NCBI GenBank assembly: GCA_041484665.1
Contig: JBGPIA010000001.1
Location: 672,001-736,000, forward strand
Source: Candidatus Krumholzibacteriia bacterium
GTDB taxonomy: Bacteria > Krumholzibacteriota > Krumholzibacteriia > JAJRXK01
DNA: 64,000 nt
Reading direction: 5' to 3'
The position numbers and the translations under genes are program-made. Of this stretch, positions 41,801-49,959 are shown in pieces; position 1 is the stretch's first letter, and every line of letters starts with the position of its first letter. A model generated the notes under the pieces. The model had not been told where the DNA came from and did not search any database. It saw nothing but the letters and a program-made list of their open reading frames with translations.

Positions 41801-42476
41801 GCAGAGGGCGCGCTTCGTCCAGCGCTCCCATGTCCCGGCGCAGCGTCCCCAGCGCTTCGAGGCTCAATGCGATCCGCTCATCGTCCGGTGCGAGGGACTG
41901 CTGGCGCAGGGCCAGCGCCTGTTCGTGCAGCGGCAGCGCCTTCTGATACTCACCGGTACGCCGATAGGAGCGCGCCAGATCGTCGAGCAGCAGGGCCAGG
42001 TCGACGTGGTCCTTGCCCTGCGCACGCTCGCGAAGAGTGAGCGCTCGCTCCAACGCCCGACGGGAGGCCGCGAGCTCGTCGAGGCCATCGAGAACCTTGG
42101 CCAGATGGTGCAGGGTGGTGGCAACCTCGAGGCTGTCCGGTCCCGCCGTGCGCTCCTTGATCGTCAGGGCGCGCTCGACCAGCGCTCGGGCGTCGGAGCC
42201 GCGCTCCTTGCGCTGCTTCCACAGGGTTTCCACGAGACGGTCGATGACCCTGGCCACCTCGATGGAATCGCGGCCGTACTGGGCCTCGGTCTCGGCCAAA
42301 CGCTGCCGCGCCAGCTGCTCGGCCTCGGGCAGCCGGCCGGCATCGCGCAGGGCGCGGATGTCGTCGACCTGTTGCGCGCGGACGCCGCCGCATGGGAGCG
42401 CGCAGACGCCGGTGGCGATCGCAGCCATCAGCCACCGCAGGTGCAACAGGCGAAGCCTACGAGATCGCAGCACCAT
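38898..42476 (-). CDS. TPR-CHAT (caspase-like) protease
   Basis: About 13 ~42-aa TPR repeats (ERAL.I.E..LGPDHP). CHAT dyad motifs 'HIATHG' and 'LSACDTG', plus 'SLWPV.D' and 'HPFYWASF'. Signal-peptide-like N-terminus. Confidence 0.93.
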   Translation of the reverse strand: MVLRSRRLRLLHLRWLMAAIATGVCALPCGGVRAQQVDDIRALRDAGRLPEAEQLARQRLAETEAQYGRDSIEVARVIDRLVETLWKQRKERGSDARALVERALTIKERTAGPDSLEVATTLHHLAKVLDGLDELAASRRALERALTLRERAQGKDHVDLALLLDDLARSYRRTGEYQKALPLHEQALALRQQSLAPDDERIALSLEALGTLRRDMGALDEARPLLERELQIRTKAHGEDHPAVAAAQTDLADLLRLMGRDLDVALDLATKALRTREAALGPQSPLVEATVMVLGHVHLARGELEASQGDYGRALALCETAYGPQSTITSAALNSLGDVLTRLGDYERARAMLKRSLAIDEKILGPDHPNVGATLFNLANVERSAGEYAEARHLLERVLAIDEKTYGAQHFYVADDHNNIAGVMYLTGEFQEALAQFERAVEIRTKLRGPDDPDVGVTLVNMGSTLQAMGEHARAREQFERGLALVEKGKGPQHPDLAQGLNDYAKLLFGLGELQPARTALERALAIDEQTLGPRHPEYARGLHNLGNLLAAQGQREEALAKLQQAEAIDEAALGPDHPDVGALLRDLALVQLERGDLEASLKAAVRAEQIGRDHLRLLARGLSERQALRYAAVRATGVDVALAAALRDPAPSHVRAAWDAALRSRALVQDELAARRSLASAAADSETTSLLSRLQSARARLANLVVRGPGDDGERYAQRVAQARAKREELERAVASRASSLGRQAAQDSVGYDAAVRALPERSALVAYASVHDGSKQPGYCALVARAGSPEPAIVALASVGAVDSLVLRWRQTIAEGVAPAGPFAEQAEAACRAAGERLRAAVWDPLAAQLGDAQRVFVVAEGSLHLVAFAALPAPDGRYLLEDGPTLHVLTAERDLIAGPPLLPSMASPPRMLAVGGPDFDMDPRAAPPASVAEQPAVVAFRGQRSSCEELARLRFLALPRAKDEAREVAGIYRRRFPRAAAEIVTGRDATEGKLKRSAGGQSVLHIATHGFILQGACAAGAALRPAAGAWELSHSTGEPGAPTPENPLLSSGLALAGANHRAAADPAGEDGILTAEEIASLDLGAAQWVVLSACDTGVGDVRAGEGVLGLQRAFRIAGARSLVLSLWPVEDAAARSWMNHLYEQRFDRGLDTAAAVREASRQLLEERRRAGLSTHPFYWASFIAAGDWR

Positions 42477-42488
42477 CGGCGGCCTCCG

Positions 42489-43763
42489 TCAGGAAGCTTG
42501 CAGGGAACCGGGATCGACCGTGCGCTCGTTGCGCGCCACGACCACGGCAGCAGCCAGGTCGCCCGTGACGTTGAGCGTGGTGCGGCACATGTCCAGGAAG
42601 CGGTCGACACCCAGGATCATCCCGATGCCTTCGGCGGGCACGCCCACGAGGCCCAGGATCATCACCACCACGGGAATCGAACCCGCCGGGACGCCCGCCG
42701 TGCCGATCCCGCCCAGGATGCAGATGAACACCACCGTGAGCTGCTGTCCCAGCGCGAGGTGCACTCCGTAGAACTGCGCCAGGAACAGCACCGTCACTCC
42801 CTCGAACAGCGCTGTGCCGTTCTGGTTGGCGGTCGAGCCGATCGTGAGCACGAACCGTGAGATGTGGGGCGGCAGCCGCAGGTTCTCCTCAGCCACCAGC
42901 AGGGCGGTCGGCAGCGTCGCGTTGCTGCTCGCGGTCGAGAACGCCGTGAGCATGGCCGGACGGATCCCCGCGAAGAATCGCCGCGGGCTCATCCCCCCCA
43001 GCCACGACACGCTGATCGAGTAGACGACGAACTGTTGGATGGCCAGGCCTAGCACGACCACGAACACGTAGGCGCCCAGCTGCTTGAGGACGTCGTAGCC
43101 CAGCCGCGCGGTGAGGGTGAAGATCAGGCAGGCCACGCCCAGGGGCGCCATGCGAATCACCAGATCCAGCAACTGCATGACCACATCGTACAGACCCTGC
43201 AGCGCCTCCTCGAAGCGCCGCGCGGCGTCGGTGCGCGTGGACGCCAGCCCAGCTCCCAACAACAGCGCGAAGACCATCACCGCCAGCATGTCGCCGTCGC
43301 CCATGGCCTTCACGATGTTGCCCGGCACCAGGTTGACGAGGAAGTCGACGCCGGTGCTCCCAGGCGCGGGGGCGGCCACCGGGGCGGCGCTGGCCCGCGC
43401 GGCCAGGCGCGCCTTCAGCTCCGGCGAGAACCCCTCGCCCGGACGCAACAGATTCACCAAACCCACACCCAGCAGCACGGCGATCGAGGAGACCACGACG
43501 GTGTAGGCCAGCGTCTTGAGCCCGACGCGCCCCAGATGGCGCAGATCGCCTAGACCGGCGACGCCCAGCGACAGTGAGGCGAGGATCAGGGGAACGACCA
43601 GCATGAACAAGAGCCGCAGGAAAATCTTCCCGATCGGCTCGGTCACGTTGCGTACGGCCCACTGCAGGCCCGCCGCGTCACCCATCGTGACGTGGGCGAG
43701 CACCCCGAGCAGCAGGCCCGCGAGCAGGCCCGCGAGCATTCGGATGGAGAGGCCGCGGTGCAT
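42489..43763 (-). CDS. Dicarboxylate/amino acid:cation symporter (GltP/DAACS)
   Basis: 'FLRLLFMLVVPL', 'AFSTASSNATLP', 'NQNGTALF' and 'DRFLDMCRT.LNV.GD'. Confidence 0.93.
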   Translation of the reverse strand: MHRGLSIRMLAGLLAGLLLGVLAHVTMGDAAGLQWAVRNVTEPIGKIFLRLLFMLVVPLILASLSLGVAGLGDLRHLGRVGLKTLAYTVVVSSIAVLLGVGLVNLLRPGEGFSPELKARLAARASAAPVAAPAPGSTGVDFLVNLVPGNIVKAMGDGDMLAVMVFALLLGAGLASTRTDAARRFEEALQGLYDVVMQLLDLVIRMAPLGVACLIFTLTARLGYDVLKQLGAYVFVVVLGLAIQQFVVYSISVSWLGGMSPRRFFAGIRPAMLTAFSTASSNATLPTALLVAEENLRLPPHISRFVLTIGSTANQNGTALFEGVTVLFLAQFYGVHLALGQQLTVVFICILGGIGTAGVPAGSIPVVVMILGLVGVPAEGIGMILGVDRFLDMCRTTLNVTGDLAAAVVVARNERTVDPGSLQAS

Positions 43764-43886
43764 GGTCCAATCGAGTATGGTGGCGGCCGGCGCGGGCGCG
43801 CAACGGGGAAAGGCCTGGCTGGATCCGAGGCGACCGCTCCTGCAACCGCTCGATCGGGCGGGCGGAGGCGGTGCCGGCCACAGTCG

Positions 43887-44465
43887 CTAGGAGCGACAGT
43901 GCTCGCAGCAGCGCGGGCGCGGATGGTAATCGATCACCTTGCCGCGCAGGTCGAACTCGAAGTGGCAGCACTCCAGCAGTTGCGCGCGCAGCAGCCGCCG
44001 CCCTCGCTGCACGCGTGACTTGGCACCGCTCACCGAGAGCCCCAAGCGCCGCGCCACCTCGGCCTGGGTCAGGCCCTCCAGCTCCGCCAGGCGGACCGCC
44101 TCTTGATACGTGTCCGGCAGCGCCTGCACGAGCCCTGCGAGGTAGCTGGCGATGCGCTGCTGCGGATCGAGCTCGACCTCCGCGCCGCCCGTGGTCTCGG
44201 CCGCCTGCCGCTGCGCCAGCTCCTCCGTCAGCTCCCCGGTCGGCCGGCGACTCCTGTAGTGGTCGGTGAGCACATTGCGAGCGATCTGGTAGACCCAGGG
44301 CGCCAGCCGGCCGCCCTCGCGCAACGTGTCGATGCGGGTGTGCACGCGCAGGAAAACCTCCTGCAGCAGATCGTCGGCATCGTGGGGATCGGCGAGGCGC
44401 CGCGCGAGGAAGCCGTGCAGCTGCGCGCTGAAGCGCTCCCAAATCTCCTGCGTGGGGGCGCTCAC
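43887..44465 (-). CDS. SigZ-like ECF sigma factor with Cys-rich C-terminus
   Basis: 'DDLLQEVF', 'WVYQIARN', 'SGAKSRVQRGR' and tail 'CCHFEFD..RCCEHC'. GTGA overlap with the arsM stop. Confidence 0.88.
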   Translation of the reverse strand: MSAPTQEIWERFSAQLHGFLARRLADPHDADDLLQEVFLRVHTRIDTLREGGRLAPWVYQIARNVLTDHYRSRRPTGELTEELAQRQAAETTGGAEVELDPQQRIASYLAGLVQALPDTYQEAVRLAELEGLTQAEVARRLGLSVSGAKSRVQRGRRLLRAQLLECCHFEFDLRGKVIDYHPRPRCCEHCRS

Positions 44466-45289
44466 GCTTTGCGCGCTGCGAGCGTCACGCTGAGTACGGT
44501 GAAACCCTCGCTGCGGTACGCGTCGTACGTGGCCTCGTCGAGCACCTCCACCTCGGTGAACCCGGCCGCGCGCACGAGCTGCAGGTACGCCTCGCGGTCC
44601 AGGGCCCCGGCGATGCATCCCGTCCATTGCTCGACGCTGGCGCGGATCGCGGCGGGCATCTCCCCGCGCGTCACGATGTCGGCGATCACGAAGCGCCCGG
44701 TGCGTGGGCGCAGCACGCGATGGATCTCGGCGAAGGCCTTGCGCTTGTCGGGGACCAGATTGATCACGCAGTTGGACAGCACCACGTCGACGCTCCTAGT
44801 GGCGACGGGCAGGGCCTCGATCTCGCCGAGCCGGAACTCGACCTCGCGGTAGCCCCCGGCGCGGGCGTTCTCCCGCGCGCGGGTGATCATCTCTGGGGTC
44901 ATATCCACGCCGATCGCGCGTCCGCCCGGGCCCACCGCGGCGGCGGCCAGGAAGACATCCACACCCGCGCCGCAACCCAGGTCCAGCACGGTCTGTCCCG
45001 GCTGCAGAGCGGCGAAGCGGGTCGGGATCCCGCACCCCAGCTGCAGGTTGGACCCCGCTGGGAGGGAGGCATCCAGGGCGCCGTACTCCACCAGAGCGGA
45101 GACGTCCTGCGGCGCGCAGCAGCCGGCGCCGACGTCCGCGCTCGCGCGGGCTCCTTGCGCGAAGCCTTGCGCCGCCGGGCTGCCGCAGCATCCGCCGCCC
45201 TGTCGAGCGAGGGCGGCGTAGCGCCGCCGCACGTCTTCCTTGATCGAGTCCACGCCGTTGCTCGGATCCACGTAGTTGATCGAGTCCAT
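44462..45289 (-). CDS. arsM: Arsenite S-adenosylmethionine methyltransferase
   Basis: CC pairs, 'LGCGIP', 'VLDLGCGAG.D', 'GVDMTPEM', 'SNCVINL.PDK' and 'GCIAGA'. GGAGG RBS. Confidence 0.92.
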   Translation of the reverse strand: MDSINYVDPSNGVDSIKEDVRRRYAALARQGGGCCGSPAAQGFAQGARASADVGAGCCAPQDVSALVEYGALDASLPAGSNLQLGCGIPTRFAALQPGQTVLDLGCGAGVDVFLAAAAVGPGGRAIGVDMTPEMITRARENARAGGYREVEFRLGEIEALPVATRSVDVVLSNCVINLVPDKRKAFAEIHRVLRPRTGRFVIADIVTRGEMPAAIRASVEQWTGCIAGALDREAYLQLVRAAGFTEVEVLDEATYDAYRSEGFTVLSVTLAARKA

Positions 45290-45724
45290 CGCCGACCTCC
45301 GTTGGTTCATGGGCACGCACCCAATAGACGGACGAGGAGCAGAAAGGACGCAAGCGGCGCCGCGGGTGCGCGGAGGGAACGCTCAGACGAATCGGCCGGG
45401 GTCGGATCCTCCGTAGATCGCGATCAGCAGTCCGTCCGGAGCGCGCGGCTGCAGACAACGCTGCCCCACGGCAGGGTGGCAAACCCGCAGAGCGGCCGTG
45501 GGGGCCATGCTGTCCAAGTCCAAGTGATTGCAGCATCTACAGCGATCAGCGCGACCTGCTCCCCACGCCTGCACTCCGGGGAGCGCTCTGCCCTCCCCGG
45601 CGCCGTACCCGCTGGGTGGGCGGGCGGATGGAATTTCGCGATCGGCGTTTTGCCCGATAGAGGATCTTTATTCCTAGGATGGACTGAACTAAGTTAGGAC
45701 ACGTGCAATTTGAATCAGTCCAAC

Positions 45725-45752
45725 TTGAATTTAGCATAGATCCTGCTAGAAT
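45725..45752 (+). promoter_or_regulatory. Sigma70-type promoter for the glutamine synthetase gene
   Basis: TTGAAT-16 nt-TAGAAT with extended -10 TG, inside a conspicuous AT-rich tract. Confidence 0.6.
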
Positions 45753-45823
45753 TGTTGAAATGGACGACATTCGATCGATCCCCCCGGCGCTCGCCGGCGC
45801 AACCCCAGTTCCAGGGAGGCCAG

Positions 45824-47263
45824 ATGGACTCGACCCCGCTGCGCACGTTCCTTGAGATCCCCTACGAGAAACTCGAGGAGATGAACCTCGAGGTGAAGGA
45901 GGCCCGGCTCAACCGGGTGTCGCCCGACCGGCTGCGCGAGCAGCGCATGGCCTACCTTGCCGACGAGAAGCGCATCAAGGCGGTGACCGTCTGCTTCACC
46001 GACCTCGAGGGCCGCTTCCACATGCTCGACTACGACAAGAAGTTCCTGCTGAAGTCGGCCGACAACCTGACCTTCGACGGCTCCTCGATCAGGGGGTTCT
46101 CCCAGCAGGCCGAGTCGGACCTGCGCCTGGCGATCGACTGGCCGGCATTCTACTGGCTGCCGGCCGACGTGTTCGGCCCGGGCAAGGTCTTGGCGTTCGG
46201 TGAGGTGCGCGAACGTGATGGGTCACCCTATGCCGCCGACCTGCGCGGCAGGCTCAAGCAGTACGCCGAGACGCTGATCAAGAAGGACGGCACGGTCTGC
46301 TACGCGGCCAACGAGATCGAGGGGTTCCTCTTCAAGGGGCGCGACGCCGAGCGCCGCTATCACGACACCGGCACGTTCGAGTTCATCTCCACCGGTGGGT
46401 ACTATCACTCGCTGCCGGGCGATGCGCTCCGCCTCTTCATCGATGCCGCCGCCGAGGTCCAGCGCGCCATGGGCTTCGCCAACGAGAAGGACCATCCGGA
46501 GGTGGCCCCCTCGCAGTTCGAGATGAACTACGGCTACACCGAGGCTCTCATCGCCGCCGATCAGGTCCAGCTCTACAAGCTGCTGTGCCGGCAGGTGGCG
46601 GCGAAGTTCGACATGACCGCCTGCTTCCTGCCCAAGCCCATGACCGGGGTCAACGGCAACGGCATGCACACCAACATGTCGCTGGCGCATGGCGGCAAGA
46701 ACCTCTTCTACGACAAGAACGGCGAGGACGGGCTGTCGCACCTGGGCTGGGACTTCCTCGAGCGCATCTTGAACAACGCGACGGACACCTGCCTCATCCT
46801 CAACTCCAGCGTGAACGCCTACCGCCGCCTGGATCCTCACTTCGAGGCGCCCAACCAGATCAAGGCCAGCGCGATCAATCGCGGCGCGATGATCCGCATC
46901 CCGTTGGGCAACGAGCGCTCCGCCCGCATCGAGGTGCGCTCGGTGGCGCCCGACGCCAATCCCTACCTGGCGATCTACACGCTGCTGCGCACCGGGATCG
47001 AGGGGCCGCAGTCGACCGAGGACAACGACACCAAGCGCAGCCGCACGCGCTTCCTGCCCGACAACATCCAGGACGCGATCCGCATGTTCAAGGCCAGCCA
47101 CTTCGCCGCCACGCTGCTGGGCGAGGAGGTCCACGGCAAGTTCGGCGAGGTCAAGATGGCGTCGGCGGAGCGCTGCCCGAAGGCTCTGGGCGCACTGGTG
47201 AAGGCCGCGGAGATCCAGTTCCACCACGAGGTCACCAACCAGTACCTCTGGAACCAGTTCTAG
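45824..47263 (+). CDS. glnA: Glutamine synthetase (type I-like)
   Basis: FDGSSI.GF, ESDL, HPEVAPSQFE, PKP..GVNGNGMH.N.SL, NAYRRL and RIEVRS..PDANPYL. GGAGG RBS. Confidence 0.92.
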   Translation: MDSTPLRTFLEIPYEKLEEMNLEVKEARLNRVSPDRLREQRMAYLADEKRIKAVTVCFTDLEGRFHMLDYDKKFLLKSADNLTFDGSSIRGFSQQAESDLRLAIDWPAFYWLPADVFGPGKVLAFGEVRERDGSPYAADLRGRLKQYAETLIKKDGTVCYAANEIEGFLFKGRDAERRYHDTGTFEFISTGGYYHSLPGDALRLFIDAAAEVQRAMGFANEKDHPEVAPSQFEMNYGYTEALIAADQVQLYKLLCRQVAAKFDMTACFLPKPMTGVNGNGMHTNMSLAHGGKNLFYDKNGEDGLSHLGWDFLERILNNATDTCLILNSSVNAYRRLDPHFEAPNQIKASAINRGAMIRIPLGNERSARIEVRSVAPDANPYLAIYTLLRTGIEGPQSTEDNDTKRSRTRFLPDNIQDAIRMFKASHFAATLLGEEVHGKFGEVKMASAERCPKALGALVKAAEIQFHHEVTNQYLWNQF

Positions 47264-47312
47264 ACGCCCTCTGAATGCGCGGCGCGCCCGGTACGGGTCC
47301 GGGCGCCGCCGC

Positions 47313-48092
47313 TCAGTCGTGCGGCCGGCTCGACGTCGCGTCCGGGGGAGCGCGCTCGGGCTGCAGCTCCCCCGGCCGGAAGCTTGGAGTGCGGGCAAAG
47401 GCCGAGCGCTCGCCCAGCCCCACGATGCCCTTGAGGACGCCCACCGCCTGCCGCGGGACGCCGGAGAAGAGCCCGCCCCCGTCCCGAGCGCGGATGCCGC
47501 CGCGCAGCCACTGCTCCAGATCGCGGACCGCGCCGATCTCCAGCGGCTCGAGCCGAGCCTCCACCATCACGTAGTAGCGGCCCGATGGATCGAGGGCGGA
47601 GCGCTCGGCCACCTTCGCTCCGTGCTCGCTGCAGACGGCCTGCTCGAGCGCCCCGATGCTGCGTACGACCGTCATGCGCGCGTGCACGGAGTCGAAGACG
47701 CCGTAGCTCTCGTCGACCACATCGAACAGGATCTTGTAGGCGGACCCGCCGCCGCCGATCTCGGTGTCCCACCACGAAGCACGGTCGCGCCACAGCTCCC
47801 ACCGTATGACCAGACTCGCGGGGAGCCCCGAGCGTAAGGCTTCGACGACGCTCGCATCGAAGAGACCGTCGACCTGGAAGTCGACCGCTACGTGCGCGCC
47901 AGCGATGTAGGGCGAGGCGAGATCGATGGCGGCGGCCGGCGCGCCCGCGGCGGCTGCAGGCCGCAGCAAACAGAACGCGACCAGCTCAAGCATGCTACGG
48001 GCAACGCCACGGCGCCGATCAAGGGCCGACGCCGGGCGGGCGGACAGCCGGCGCATCGGACGCAGGGCGTGGCCCTCGGCCGCAGCGCGCAT
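47313..48092 (-). CDS. DUF4390-like exported protein
   Basis: 'EALRSGLP..L...ELWRDR..WWD....YKI.FD', 'YYVMVEARL'. TGATG overlap with the upstream gene; alternative start 47993. Confidence 0.7.
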   Translation of the reverse strand: MRAAAEGHALRPMRRLSARPASALDRRRGVARSMLELVAFCLLRPAAAAGAPAAAIDLASPYIAGAHVAVDFQVDGLFDASVVEALRSGLPASLVIRWELWRDRASWWDTEIGGGGSAYKILFDVVDESYGVFDSVHARMTVVRSIGALEQAVCSEHGAKVAERSALDPSGRYYVMVEARLEPLEIGAVRDLEQWLRGGIRARDGGGLFSGVPRQAVGVLKGIVGLGERSAFARTPSFRPGELQPERAPPDATSSRPHD

Positions 48093-49651
48093 CAGAACGC
48101 GCGATTGAGACGTAGCTGCACGAGCACGTCGCGCTCCCCCCGGTCCAGCCGCTTGAGCACCTCCACGCGCAGATCGTCGTCGCCCAGCTGCAGCCCCATC
48201 CCGATGCTGCTCTTCCACTGACCGGGATCGATCCGCGCCGCCCGGTCCGCCCAGGCCATCCCCGTGTCGAACAGTAGCACCGCCTGCACGTCCTCGATCA
48301 CCGGAAACACGTACTCGGCGTTCGCGAGGAAGACTCGCTCCCCACCCAGCGGCGGGGCTGTGCCCGGCGCGGGCGCAGCGGCTGGATCGGGCACGAGCAG
48401 CGTCTGGTAGGGATACCCGCGCACGGTTCCCAGCCCCCCTACGACGTAGCGCTTCTGCTGCGGCAGGACCCCGTGGAGGTTCGTGCCCGACCGCACGCGC
48501 AGATCCAGGATCTGGTCGCGGCCCATGCGCAGGCGGGTGCGCAGCTGACCGGTCAGCTGGCGGAACTCGAAGTCGCCGCCGAACAGGTCCCGCCCGCTGT
48601 GCTCGTAGCTGAGCTGGGCGGAACGGAGCCGGCTCCCCAGACGCGCCTGCACGAACAGGCTGCGCATGCTGCCGGCGTCGATGGGCGGATTCGGGATGAA
48701 CTCGCCGCGCCCGAACGACCAGTCGGCGGTGTTGGGGAGCGACGTGTAATCGACGGCGCGGAACTCGCCGCGCACCTGCAGCGCCTCCGACGGCTCCAGT
48801 ACGACCCCTATGCTGCCGCCCTCGCTGCGATAATAGTCGCGAAAGTCCTCCTTGAAGAAAATCGCTGCCGCGCTGTTCTCGCCGCTGCCGATGCCAGTCT
48901 GGTCGGTGTAGTCGGTGTGCGCGAAGCCCGAAGCCTCCACGCAGAGCGAGCGGCTGCGGGTGACCGGCTGGCTGACCGTGACGAGCGTGCTCCAGCGTTT
49001 GCTGCGGAATCCGTAACCGATGTTTCCAGAGAGCGCCGGCTGGAACGGCTCGGGCGTGCGCATCCGGCCGCGCAGCGACAGCACCAGGCCGTCGGCGCGC
49101 TGATAGGCTACGAGGTCGTCGTCGAGATCGCACTCAACATCGAAGCGATAACGGCGCTCGGGCGACAGCACCTCGCCATCCCGTCCGATGGATACGACGG
49201 ACACCCACCCGTGCCCGCGGTGGCGCGCCACCTGCGGGTTCCCAGCGTCCAGATGATGCGACCAGCCAGTCGAGTCCTCCACGACGAATTCGTAGACGTG
49301 ACGGCCGGGGGTCAGATCCACGCGCACCTCCCAGAGGCTGTCGGCAACGTCGTGCTCCATCGGGAGCTCCTCCCACTGGAGGAAGTCGCCGGTCAAGGAG
49401 ACGCTCAGGTAGCCCTCGTCCTCGTAGCGGAAGCGGATCTGCCCGTCGTCGCTGCAGGGCGCCAGTCGATCGACGCGGCCATAGCTGCGCCAGTGCGCCG
49501 GCACGCGATCCGCGTGGTCGAGCTGGGAGTCGCTCATCGACTCTGCCGGCGGCGCGGGCATGGCGCAGCGGCACGGAAAGGTCAGCAGTGCGATCGCCAC
49601 GAGCGCCAGCGCCAGCGCAACGAAGAGCATGTTGACCGAGCGCTCCATCAT
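48092..49651 (-). CDS. Omp85/BamA-TamA-like outer membrane protein with N-terminal glycogen-binding (CBM48/E-set-like) domain
   Basis: 'VSLTGDF..W..LPM...WEV...LTPG.H.YEFVV', then a barrel with 'GGLGTVRGY', 'NAEY', 'FDTG.AW' and terminal Phe. Confidence 0.75.
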   Translation of the reverse strand: MMERSVNMLFVALALALVAIALLTFPCRCAMPAPPAESMSDSQLDHADRVPAHWRSYGRVDRLAPCSDDGQIRFRYEDEGYLSVSLTGDFLQWEELPMEHDVADSLWEVRVDLTPGRHVYEFVVEDSTGWSHHLDAGNPQVARHRGHGWVSVVSIGRDGEVLSPERRYRFDVECDLDDDLVAYQRADGLVLSLRGRMRTPEPFQPALSGNIGYGFRSKRWSTLVTVSQPVTRSRSLCVEASGFAHTDYTDQTGIGSGENSAAAIFFKEDFRDYYRSEGGSIGVVLEPSEALQVRGEFRAVDYTSLPNTADWSFGRGEFIPNPPIDAGSMRSLFVQARLGSRLRSAQLSYEHSGRDLFGGDFEFRQLTGQLRTRLRMGRDQILDLRVRSGTNLHGVLPQQKRYVVGGLGTVRGYPYQTLLVPDPAAAPAPGTAPPLGGERVFLANAEYVFPVIEDVQAVLLFDTGMAWADRAARIDPGQWKSSIGMGLQLGDDDLRVEVLKRLDRGERDVLVQLRLNRAF

Positions 49652-49726
49652 CTACCGCCTCGTGCTGCACGGGCTGCCCCGCGCACGAACTGCATCATGG
49701 GGGGTGCTTGCGATCCAGAGCGAACG

Positions 49727-49741
49727 GCAACGCACGTGCCA
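49727..49741 (-). promoter_or_regulatory. Sigma54 -24/-12 promoter
   Basis: Minus strand reads TGGCACGTGCGTTGC (GG-N10-GC), about 75 bp upstream of the Omp85-like gene. Confidence 0.8.
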
Positions 49742-49959
49742 CGGCCCCGGCGCGGCTCTGGTCGCACAGTGGAAACTGGGATCCCCTTGGAGCGTCGCGG
49801 GTTCGGGCCGGCGAGCCAGCGTTTCCGACGCCGTCTGCCCGGTCCGCACCCGGGATCGCCGTGTGCCGGTGACAGCAGGAGCGTGTCCTCGCGACACGGC
49901 GGCGCGACACCGCGGCGCGACCGCGCGCCCGCGCGAAGCGGTCGCGGCGCAACCGCGCA

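Noticed and set aside
40690..42330. Periodic DNA similarity that could suggest an array
   Set aside because: Explained by TPR coding repeats. There are no identical repeats with unique spacers, so it is not CRISPR.
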